Origin: Pocillopora damicornis
Lineage: Eukaryota
Length of the DNA stretch: 64,000 nucleotides
Assembly (NCBI RefSeq): GCF_003704095.1
Contig: NW_020843644.1
Coordinates: 248,001 to 312,000, forward strand
Reading direction: 5' to 3'
Shown here: positions 28,243 to 38,555 of the stretch, one piece after another
How the letters are laid out: each line of letters starts with the position of its first letter
How positions within the stretch are numbered: the stretch's first letter is position 1
Translations under genes and position numbers: made by a program
Notes under the pieces: model-generated
What the model was told of the DNA's origin: nothing
Seen by the model: only the letters and a program-made list of their open reading frames with translations
Database searches by the model: none

Positions 28243-29100
28243 CTAGCTTTCACTGACTCTATCTTCTAGATCATTGAGAATCGAATAAATATATTTCACG
28301 GCTGCCCTTCGAGCGCATTTTACATTCTCTTGTCCGTCTGTTTCGATTAAGTCTAGACCAAGTAAGCAACGAGTTAGATATTCTTCTAAATAAAGGAATT
28401 CTTTGTCTTTCCTTGTTCCTTTAAAGGCCACCACCCTGGAAATCAGTTCTGTGGCTCGCACCAATTCATTCTTGATTGCCGCAAGTTTCTGTTCGTTTGC
28501 AGTTTGTATTTCGGGTGGTGAGTCATCTTGATTATCCACTACCGGTCGACTTTCCTTTGCACTTTCGTCCTCTGTGGTCACTGGAATACACCTGTGTTCG
28601 CCTGAGGTCTTTGCAGTCTCGCCCGCGGTTTGTTCTTCATTATCTGTAATCAGTGCATTTGTGGCATCACAATGATCTTCCCTCCAAGCCTCCTCGCTAG
28701 AGTCGTTGGTCGTCACAGTTTCTTCCTGGGGTTGATACTCAATAGGTATATTCCATTCATCTTGGGTTTTCTTTGGCCGTGATGGACTCGTTTGCTTTGT
28801 GTCCCCTTTCGGTTTCGTACCCTCGTGCCTCGAAAAGGGGTTTTCCCTTGCATTGTGCTGCAATGGGACTCTCGTATCATCCAACATTTGTTTATCCTTT
28901 GGAGCCCGTCTCGTTTTCTTCCTTGAGGAAACTTTTTGGGGGTTGGCAGGTGGAAAGTAAACTGCTGGGTTTTCCCAAAAGGGAAACGGTCTTTCTCCGT
29001 GAAAATCCCCCGAGCTCATGAAGAGGTTTCCTTCGTTATGACCACGTCGAGGTGGATAGCCAGTTGTCCATGGATCTCCGTAAATTATGTCACCGTACAT
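28243..29100 (-). CDS. BAG-domain co-chaperone (Hsp70 nucleotide-exchange factor), BAG3/BAG4-like, single coding exon (BAG-A)
   Basis: C-terminal FKGTRKDKEFLYLEEYLTRCLLGLDLIETDGQENVKCARRAAVKYIYSILNDLE matches the BAG consensus. First ATG at 29100; minus-strand TATAAAAG at 29182-29189; IPI and IPV motifs in the disordered middle. Confidence 0.9.
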   Translation of the reverse strand: MYGDIIYGDPWTTGYPPRRGHNEGNLFMSSGDFHGERPFPFWENPAVYFPPANPQKVSSRKKTRRAPKDKQMLDDTRVPLQHNARENPFSRHEGTKPKGDTKQTSPSRPKKTQDEWNIPIEYQPQEETVTTNDSSEEAWREDHCDATNALITDNEEQTAGETAKTSGEHRCIPVTTEDESAKESRPVVDNQDDSPPEIQTANEQKLAAIKNELVRATELISRVVAFKGTRKDKEFLYLEEYLTRCLLGLDLIETDGQENVKCARRAAVKYIYSILNDLEDRVSES

Positions 29101-29657
29101 CGTCAATATAGTAAACTTATTGCAAACGTTGATTCTTCTTCTGCTCTCAAATCTCTGAATGACCAAGCAAAAGAAGTCCTACTTTTATAGAGAGTTTTAT
29201 ATATTTCTAGAGAATGATAGAGCGTACTGGAACGATTTGTAACTACCTATTTTTAATCATATTCGAGTCATTCTCCAATAACGAGTAGAACCTACGGGAA
29301 AACCCTGGGAGATTTTTAAATTCGTCTCCAGGGTAGGGTAGAGTTGTTTTTTTTGATGAGTCATGAGTAAACTTTTTTATTTTAAACTGCAACGTTTTCC
29401 TCCTCTTTACCCTAAATAAGGATGAAGGAAGAGCTCGTAGTGTTCACAGTTTGTGTGTATGCGATAAAAGGACGAGAAGGTGAAAAACTTGTCAAGTGTC
29501 TATGTACACCTACCCCTCCCCTATCAGGAATTCTATGAAGACTATTCCAGAACATTCGAGGTGAATTTGCCACATAGTATAAAGAGCACCACGTTGACGT
29601 AGGTGACTCAAATCAGTAAAGTGTTTGAGTTGAAAGGACCGAGTCCTTGTTGAAATA
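29101..29657. promoter_or_regulatory. Bidirectional BAG-A/DnaJ-1 promoter with heat-shock elements
   Basis: Outward-facing TATA boxes (29182-29189 minus; TATAAAG 29578-29584 plus). Perfect HSE aTTCcaGAAcaTTCg 29544-29558; degenerate in-phase HSE array 29205-29232; AP-1 sites TGAGTCA 29357-29363 and TGACTCA 29604-29610; Rel-like GGGAAAACCC 29296-29305. Confidence 0.8.
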
Positions 29658-30695
29658 ATGGGAAAAGACTACTACAAGATCCTAGGCGTCTCAGAAACAG
29701 CTACGGACGATGAGATCAAGAAGGCCTACCGAAAACTTGCTCTAAAATGGCACCCGGACAAGAACAAGAGCCCAGGAGCCGAGGACAAATTCAAAGAAAT
29801 TTCCGAAGCATACGATGTCCTCAGTGACAAAGGAAAAAAAGAAACCTTCGACAAATACGGAGAAGAAGGACTTCATGGTGTTCCTAACGGTGGAACCGAC
29901 AGTAACATGCGTTTTCAAGGCGGACCAGGTTTCGCAAGAACATTCGTCTTCACGAATGGAAATGCACGCGAAACTTTTGCTCGAGCATTTGAGAATGACG
30001 ACGAATTCGCGGACCTTATTGGCGGTTTAGGGGGATTCAGCTTCTTTAATGATAGCAGGAGTAGAAAGCCAGGCACGACATTTAATAATATGGGAAATTT
30101 CACGTTCGACGCCGATTGTATTGCGCCTCAAACAAAGAAACAAAAGATTCAAGATCCCACGATCGAGAAAGATCTATTGGTGAGTCTGGAGGAACTTGTG
30201 AATGGCTGCACGAAAAAGATGAAAGTGTCAAGGAAGGTTCTGGACGATCGTGGTTTTTTCAGCACGGAAGAGAAAATATTGACGGTGAATGTCAAGCCCG
30301 GGTGGAAGGCTGGAACAAAAATCACTTTTCCTAAAGAGGGTGATCGTAAACCTGGTATCGTCCCTGCTGATGTGGTTTTCACAGTCAAAGACAAACCGCA
30401 TGCTAAGTTTACGAGGGACAGCAACAATAACATAATCTACGCCGCAGACATCTCTCTTAGAGATGCCCTGACCGGAGGACTAGCCGAAGTTCCTACAATT
30501 GATGGCCGAAAGATAAAAATGAGGTTAAGTGGCATCGTAAATCCTGATTCTTCACAACGAATTCAGGGCGAAGGTCTTCCTCTGCCTAAAAATCCCTCAA
30601 AGAGAGGTGACTTGATCGTCAAATATAACATTCGATTTCCCGATCAGCTATCCTCAGTTCAGAGAGACGTCTTATTGAATACACTACCTAGATGA
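29658..30695 (+). CDS. Class B J-domain protein (Hsp40, DNAJB1/4/5-like), intronless CDS, 345 aa (DnaJ-1)
   Basis: [10 protein letters not shown]...WHPDKNK J-domain with HPD; G/F region; C-terminal [40 protein letters not shown]. Confidence 0.96.
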   Translation: MGKDYYKILGVSETATDDEIKKAYRKLALKWHPDKNKSPGAEDKFKEISEAYDVLSDKGKKETFDKYGEEGLHGVPNGGTDSNMRFQGGPGFARTFVFTNGNARETFARAFENDDEFADLIGGLGGFSFFNDSRSRKPGTTFNNMGNFTFDADCIAPQTKKQKIQDPTIEKDLLVSLEELVNGCTKKMKVSRKVLDDRGFFSTEEKILTVNVKPGWKAGTKITFPKEGDRKPGIVPADVVFTVKDKPHAKFTRDSNNNIIYAADISLRDALTGGLAEVPTIDGRKIKMRLSGIVNPDSSQRIQGEGLPLPKNPSKRGDLIVKYNIRFPDQLSSVQRDVLLNTLPR

Positions 30696-33600
30696 TGTAA
30701 AAACAAAAAAACATCGAAACCGTGTGATGCTGTAAATACTTATTGTTTGTTCAATGATTTGATATATAATAGTGGATTTATTGCATATCTCTGAAAGAGA
30801 ATATTTCTGTGGTAATAACCCCTTTTTTCTCATTTTGTAACTCTTGATTCAAATTTACAAGGCTACGTATATAAAGATATGATAAGAATATTATTTTAGA
30901 TCTAACTTTTAATAGAAATTATAGTGGATATGGTTGTGTTTTGGACCTTTCAACTCCCCATGTTGATATTGGAAAAAAAAATATTCTAGATATTGAAAAA
31001 TATTTCCAGAATAAAAAGTTAAACAAATCCAATTTCTCTCTTTTTGTTCAACTATTTCATATATTTTCAAGTTTCTCTGTCCTAGTGTGTCAAAGCTCTA
31101 AGGATTTTTCGAATAAACCTGGTCATGTGATGTAGTGCTGATCTTGTTGTTTATTTCTTATTTATTTATATTAATCTTTACATCACACTATTAACATTAT
31201 ATGCTATTTAAAAGAGAAATTCTGTGTTGTTGTGTATCTGTTTGGTAATAGATCACAGATGATGTCAAAATGTAGTGAGAACAAAAAAAGGCACATGAGG
31301 TGCAGCCAAGTGTGTCTCTGACGCTCTCACCAAATTCTGACGTCTTCCATGATCTATTTCAGGACAGACCTGCAGCAACATAAAAGCTAATTCCTTTCTA
31401 TGACAAAGAGGCAAAATGACGTTAGTGGTAATGTTTTTTTTCTGTTTGCTCTCCAATAGATCATGAGTAAAGAATCCATTAAAATGCATGTATAATTCAG
31501 CTTATCACATTAACTGTAATAGAACATTTAAATGTTTTCTCTTCAACCCAGTGCCTTCCTTCAAGATTCATTCCTATGTGGTATTGACCCCCATGATACA
31601 ATCCTACTGATCTTGTTATTCAATCTTTTTTTACATTACATTTCAACATGACCCCAAAATATCCACATTTATGCCCAATTGTAAAAGAAAATTTAGATGT
31701 TTTTCTCCACATTTAACCTGATAATTTCCATTGAGATCAGTTTACGTATGATAGTGACCCTCTGGCAATACACGAGGCTGGTTATATTGCTCCTAATGAC
31801 CAACCCTCTTAAATAGATGTATTGTCGTCATGTGAGACGTAAGAAAATGGTGGATTACATAATCTGAGCTTTGTACTCCCACGCAATACTCACTTGGATT
31901 GTGCCCAGTGAGTGCTGATCTAAAAAAGTGGGTGAAAATATTAGGCATTTCCCAAAATAGGATATGATATTTGGAAAGATGACTGAAAGTTTTATGTAAT
32001 CTACATGACTATTATCCAATCTAGTGAGACTCTCTAAACTTCTAGAAAATGATAAAAGATATTAATTCAAACATGAAGTGTTTGTTTTCCTGGATCAAGG
32101 TTCACAGGGCATACTGGTTCTCTAAGAATTGCCACTTTGAATTCTTTCATTTGGTTTACATATTTGGAATAAATATTAGTCAAAATTGTCTAAAAGCTTC
32201 TAAGGAATTTATGTGAAATTATATTTCCTTCCTTTCAATTTCCTTGATTAGCTTAATGCTTTATTAGTTATGATTTAAACAACTGTATGGACTGTAATAG
32301 ACAATAAATTCAGAGGATTTCCCTTTATGGTGAGTAAAGTTGGAATGGTACAACTTTGCTGGATGACAAAGATTCACACTGTCCAGAAAGAGCTGCAGTG
32401 TCTGACAGTGTGAATAGTTGACGATTTTGTAATCTTTTGCTTTCAAACTTGTCTTGAAGCAAATATGGCATAGGAAAATAGAGGCTTAAGGCACAGCAAA
32501 AGGGACAAGTTTTCTCATTCACATGACCATTGTGATTAAGGGAAAAGATCATTGGTGCCTTGTCTTGCAACAAGATAGAACCAAAAAAGTCTGACATTAA
32601 TTGTGGGAAGATATTTATTTAAAGAGTTTGTCATAGAATAGGTTGGTGGGTTGCAAACCTAACTATTTTAACAACGTCTGAATTAATCACTACTCAAGAT
32701 CTTTGCCTTGTATTTTAAAATAAGACAACTCCTACATGCTACTTGAAATGGTAAATGAAACCTAAAAATATTTGCAAGGGTAACAGCTGATGGACTACAT
32801 CCTATGCAGGAATGGGGATTGCTAATATGCCTTTTGGTCATTATTTTGGATCAGGATAACCCAAGGTAATTGGGAATTAGGACAAATAATCTGAAAGCTT
32901 ACTTTTCATTGTGAGGAAAATTTGGTCGTTGTTTCAAAATGTTTCCAAAAACTTATTGCTTTATCTTAAATTCCCAATGATTACTATGAATTTTCTTAAT
33001 TCTGTTTGGCTCAATCTCTTAATTGTCTATCAAAAAATGCAAGGGGATTGATTAATTGATCATTTCAGGGAGTAGAGGGTTTATAGATAGTTAACCCCCT
33101 CTATTTTAAAAAAAATTTACCACCAGTTTGCAAAACAAATCAAGTATAATTTATTAATGTAAATGCAATTATGAATGCATTCTGACATTTTTTAATTATA
33201 CCTTTAAACTGAGTTAAAAACATAAATTTGCCAAAGAGAGCACCTGGCTGAGCCTAATAACAAAAAGCCGCTGATGACAACAACACAATCACACCCAATC
33301 TAATAAAAAAACTTCAGAGAAACCTACAAAACAATCTTATTTTACAATATATTGCAACATTGTCATGAACATCTACCAACCATAAAATATTAGACTTGTT
33401 GATTTATCAACAAATATTTTGCTTGCTGAAATTACCAAGTATTTACTATGGCAGTAGTGACTGTGATACCAATTTTAAAATTGCCAATTTAAACACTTTA
33501 TGTCAAATAATACCTAAGCTAATTTTGACATTCAGCAATCCATGAACCAAAAAGAATAACATATTTATACAACAATACATCCTCTCCCCTAAATATTTGA

Positions 33601-34231
33601 GTTTTCTACAATCATAAGTCCATAAGATAAATATTAGGCATATATTAACTCTATACAGTTTAAGCCAACGCTTTGTTATGCAATAACTCAAAGTGCAGCC
33701 AGCTAAACTTGCCTTGTCAACTTCTCATAAAACCTCACACACATTATATGAAGCTGCATTTTGACAAACAAAGACATTTTTTTGTCTAAACAACAATAAT
33801 AATAACTGTTATAATTTATAATGTTCACTCATTTGCTAAAAACTTCCATGGTGTTCTCTCTTCTTGCTACCAACACATGAAAAAAAATAGCTTTAAAGAT
33901 AGGTATGAATTTAAAAAAAATTGAGAGAGATTTTTGCTTAAGAAAAAGCTACAGTTGTAAGTTTACAAGGGGAAAATGGATATACACTGAAAGAAAACAA
34001 CTGTAATAATATTTCAACACCAAAATAAGTAAAGTCACATGAAGATCAGTTATGAACAGAGTTGTGCCATAATTTGTGTATCAATTAAGCAGGAAAAATA
34101 TCATTTGAAAAATATATGATTTAAACAACCTATACAAAAAATACATTCATCATGCTACCAACTGGAAATAATCTTTCTATTATTGGCAGTCTTCTTCACT
34201 ATTGTGATAAACTCTATGCTCACAAAATGCT

Positions 34232-37117
34232 CTAAAAACAGCCAGCAATATGCTGTCTCTGTTCCATTGTCAAATTTGTAGGGATCTCTACGTCAAATGT
34301 CACTATCATATCCCCCCTTTTTCCTGGAAATTTCGGCAGAGGGAGACCTTCATTTGGAATTCTTTTCTGTGTTCCTGGTTGTATAACCTCATTTAGCTGC
34401 ACTGCTAAGAATCTTCCCTTAATAGTTGGAATCTGAAGTACACATCCACAAAGAGCATCACGCAGATCCACTTTTGCTGTATAGAGGAGGTTGTTTTCAG
34501 CATCTCTTTTAAAGTATTGGTGGGGCTTGTCCCCTATAACAAAAATAATGTCTGCTGGAATTACTCCTGGTTTCTGATCTCCATGTTGTTCAAAGGTTAC
34601 TTTTGTTCCTGCCTTCCAGCCAGGTTTGACTTCAATTGTCAGAATTTTTTCTTCAGGAGAAGCCTGTCCACTGGGAGATAAGGCTTGTCTGGTTAGCTTA
34701 AGTTGTTTTGTGCATCCAGTGTCAAGTTCTTCAAGGGAAACTTGTAGGTTGGTCTCAATAGGAGGATCTCGAACAGGTTGTTTCTTAAATGGCTCAGGAC
34801 AGGGGAAGTCAAAATCTTCATCACAAAAATGTTTAAAGCCTCCAAAGGTTGATGAGTTCCGTGAGGTAGAAAACAAGCGAGAGAAATTGGGGTTAAAATC
34901 TCCATCCATGAAGTCTGTGAAAGAAAGAAACATACAGAATAAAAATGTGATTATGTACATTGTACTCTGTGTTGTGGTGAATAGATCACTACTAAATTCA
35001 ACACAAATAATATACTCTTGTAGTCTCATGAATTCGTTGAAAAACTCTTAAGTACGTACTTTCCATCTTTTACAATATGTAGTTTAAATTTAACGCTTCT
35101 AGCTGGAAATGAGATGTGACATCTGTACATACACGTATTGGGTGTTGGAGCTGAATACCACAATTCTATTAAAACAAGGGATTAAATGAAGAAACTTTCT
35201 GGTTCAGTCTACTGGAAATGTTCCAGAAGAAATGGAATTTTGAGAAATGTTGCTCTGTTTTCACACTTCAAATGCACCAGGAAATTGGTGTTCTGATTAG
35301 TCGCTCCAATGGAAATGAAATTGTTTCCACAAGAAACTTCCAGACTGAAATCATTTCATTCTTTGTTATTTTGTACTGCAGATGGTGTAAACAAGGAACC
35401 AATATTAATTGATAGAGTCTTATTGCTTTCACAAGATGAAACAAGCTTTAACCCCTAATTAAATGGAAGGTTCTAGAACAGGGAAGTTGGCAATTTTCAT
35501 CAGCACACCAAAGATAATGAGTTCAAATGTGCTCAGTAGTTCACTTAATTTTCGAAAATAGGCCTACAACTGCCATTAGTTATTTCCTGAATCATGGTTC
35601 GGTGTGACTCTTTAAAGTAAAATGAAGGGAGGTTTTGATATGCTGCTAATTATGGCGTTACGAAATTTCATGCCCCTTCAGTTGATTGTATCATCGAAGA
35701 AAAACTATGTTAAAAATGGAAACATTATCCAAATGCTACTCGAGGGAGATTTTTACGATAAACTTATTCATCATAGCTTTGCAGCAGGAATTTGATATTC
35801 GGCAAATTGAAGTAGAAATATATTTTCAAGGGACAAACAGAATGAAAACAAAGCGAAAACCAAACACAAAAAGTATCAATATATACGTTGTAGTCGAGAG
35901 AAAATTCCAGAATCATCGGATATGCTTGAAAAACGACAAACATGCAAAGTGTTCAGAATTTAAAACTGTGAGGAAAGCCATAAACTGCCAATTCAAGACT
36001 ATTACGTTTTCCCTTCAATACAAACCGGCAAAATTCAGTGGAACACTTATTCCAGTAGATGCACAGTTAAAAACAGACCAGTAATGTGTTAGTGACCGCC
36101 GACTGTTGTTTCGCATGAGCGCATTTTTGGTCGAGACAAGAAATTAATAGTAACACATTGATCTCGCCAAGCCACCTTTTTAAGTGCGTCAGGCATAACT
36201 AAATACCAAGAAACTACGTAAATGCTGAGCTCAATGCTCGCCAACGAAGATGAAAACCCTCGCGCTTATTAGTAAAGAACAGAAAATGTATTGATGAAAC
36301 GACCAGGTTTATGTTTTGAAACCTCAATTCGAACGATTCCTCGTAAGCAAAAATTTTGTGTTTAATTTCTACAAATTAAAATACTTGACAAAATCCCAAT
36401 GAAATAGTGACAGATAACCTAAAATCGAAATCTTACTGGCTCGTAAGAAGTGCAATATCAACAAGATCAAAATATAGAAGTTTCTAGAACTAGAAAACGC
36501 GCAAAACGTATTGTACTCTGATTTTCATGACGGTTCGGATCGAGTTGAGCGAACTCGGCAACAACTTGAATGTACCAAAATAATGAAAAAATCCAAACTA
36601 TACATCAACAGCCTTTCTAGAGTTTATTTTAAGGTTAAATGTAACAGTTTAGTAAATTCAGACGAAAACATCTGTAACCACTCGGTTTGTTAATACCATC
36701 TATTCTTGATGATATCGTTAAGAAGCTCAAAGATGGACGACTTAGAACTACCTGTGATAAATTCACACTAAAATCTCTCTCGATGATAAAAATCCATCAC
36801 CTACCTGAGAACTGAAAATCAGGATCATTGCCAAAAACGTCGCGGAAGATGTGCGCGGGGTCTGTGAATGGAGGGAAACCAAACCCGCCACATTCGTTCT
36901 TGAGCCCTTCTTCGCCATAGCTATCGAATATTCTTCTTTTGTCCGGATCTGTTAGCACTGAGTAGGCCTCAGATATTTTTTTGAACGTTTCTTCTGCTCC
37001 AGAGTTTTTATTCTTGTCTGGATGAAACAGAAGAGCTTGCCTTTTATAAGCCTTCTTGATGTCTTCCACCGAGGCATTCTTGGGAACCCCAAGAACGGAA
37101 TAAAAATCTCTCCCCAT
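34232..37117 (-). CDS. Class B J-domain protein (DNAJB1/4/5-like), two exons 37117-36805 and 34914-34232, 331 aa (DnaJ-2)
   Basis: Exon 1 MGRDFYSVLG...FHPDKNK...DPDFQFS with GTAGGT donor; phase-1 join to TTTCACAG acceptor; exon 2 has [28 protein letters not shown]; 996 nt including stop. Confidence 0.94.
35465..36490. promoter_or_regulatory. Three perfect three-unit HSEs in the DnaJ-2 intron
   Basis: gGAAggTTCtaGAAc 35465-35479; aGAAaaTTCcaGAAt 35899-35913; aGAAgtTTCtaGAAc 36476-36490. Confidence 0.65.
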
Positions 37118-37805
37118 ATACGCCTTCTGTTCACTACAAGCTGAAGTCTCGAAATAAAATCTCGGAATGAGGAATAGCTTTTTCCTGTACAACTGGACAG
37201 ATATCACGCGGAAATCAAGGAATAAGCACAGAGCGTAGACACTGGGTTCTTTCGAAATCGTTCACCGACCAGGACAACTGTCTTCATGTCGGCGAGTGGA
37301 TCGAATGTTCTAGAAACAGTAATCACCATGTAACCGCGCACGAAAGAAACTATTCACCTGAGAGGGGGAGCCCACGCGTTCATCCTCATGTTTATCTATT
37401 ACTCTTTCCGCCCCCCTTGCAGAGTTTTTCTTCTTGGAAATCATCATAAGCTCCAAATTATAGTTTTGATGATTTCAGATTCTTAAAAGGAATCTTTTAA
37501 AAAAATTTTCCAAGCGATAGCTCGCTGATTAGAAATGCAAAAATTTGTCTTTCTCACCCCTATTGTGTTAGTTTTGTCACTCAGCTGGACACCACAAAAC
37601 ACCGACGGCAGTGGTCACGAAGTGAATGTTCTCGAATTGTGTTTGTACTTTACAAGGTTTATTTGTTTCTTTGCCGCCTGATTTTTCGTTCAGATAATTT
37701 GCGATTGTTACGCGTGGATTACTTGGGTCAAAAACGTGTTCGCACCTCTTGTCATCGTGATATAACTTAATTTTTTGGAACAAGAAAACTCCCGAGCGGA
37801 ACAAC
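37118..37805. promoter_or_regulatory. Bidirectional DnaJ-2/BAG-B promoter with two perfect HSEs
   Basis: cGAAtgTTCtaGAAa 37302-37316 (~185 bp from the DnaJ-2 ATG); tGAAtgTTCtcGAAt 37623-37637 (~170 bp from the BAG-B ATG). Confidence 0.78.
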
Positions 37806-38555
37806 ATGGCGTCGGGTGGAAGCAACAGAGATAGATTTCCACAGTTCACATCGTCGAACTATGAAATCCCCTCGTGGCAGGTAGAATGGAATAAGCCGTG
37901 GTATCAGCAGTTTCAGGAGAAACGAAATGCCCAAAGCAATTACAATTCGAGGGGACATGTTGTAAATTGTAAATGTTCGCTATGCGAAGAAGACATGGAA
38001 TCTGCATTTTGCCCGCAAGAGAGTGGCGTAGCACATAATTTTAAACTTTCTAGAGATGAGATCGGTGGAGAAATATTTCCCCCGAATGAAAAGCTGGAAA
38101 AGCCGCAAAACCAAAGAACGGAAAATGTGATTTTATTCTCCGATTTACCGGAAGTAGTACCATCAACGTCAGCGTCTGCTGAAACCGAAGTTCCCGAAGA
38201 AATTCATTTTAGTGCGTCATCACAGCACAATTCCAACTCGTCAGCATCATTCGAAAGTTCTACGAACATCGACACAGATGCATTATTTAACAACATTGGC
38301 AGTCTATCTGCTGTTCAATCGATATCGGATCGAGTTACAGATCTACAAACGCAGGTGGAAAATTTCTCGGGTGAGAAAGACAGTCGCGAGTTTATAGTCT
38401 TACGAGGTTTGCTCGTAGCCACCCTAGCTGAACTGAACCGTATCGACGCAGTTGGCATCAGATGGCTCCAGCAGGCAAAAAGTATCGCTATGGAGTCAAT
38501 TCATGATCTGCTGAACCAATTAAGAAGCAAAATCAAAGAAGAAGATGACTACTGA
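37806..38555 (+). CDS. Divergent BAG-domain protein, single ORF, 249 aa (BAG-B)
   Basis: AACATGG start context. C-terminal VQSISDRVTDLQTQVENFSGEKDSREFIVLRGLLVATLAELNRIDAVGIRWLQQAKSIAMESIHDLLNQL aligns without gaps to the BAG domain of BAG-A (FxGxKxxxEF, hydrophobic pattern). Confidence 0.78.
   Translation: MASGGSNRDRFPQFTSSNYEIPSWQVEWNKPWYQQFQEKRNAQSNYNSRGHVVNCKCSLCEEDMESAFCPQESGVAHNFKLSRDEIGGEIFPPNEKLEKPQNQRTENVILFSDLPEVVPSTSASAETEVPEEIHFSASSQHNSNSSASFESSTNIDTDALFNNIGSLSAVQSISDRVTDLQTQVENFSGEKDSREFIVLRGLLVATLAELNRIDAVGIRWLQQAKSIAMESIHDLLNQLRSKIKEEDDY

Noticed and set aside
29101-29166. Extended N-terminus of BAG-A in the ORF track
   Set aside because: Non-ATG start too close to the TATA box; this is 5' UTR.
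30696-34231. Possible Hsp70 or small-HSP gene between the two DnaJ genes
   Set aside because: AT-rich sequence with no substantial ORF or recognisable exon; consistent with 3' UTRs and spacer.
34915-35029. N-terminal part of the 265-aa ORF 34232-35029, suggesting a J-less Hsp40
   Set aside because: It is intron sequence; the exon splices in frame to the J-domain exon at 37117-36805.
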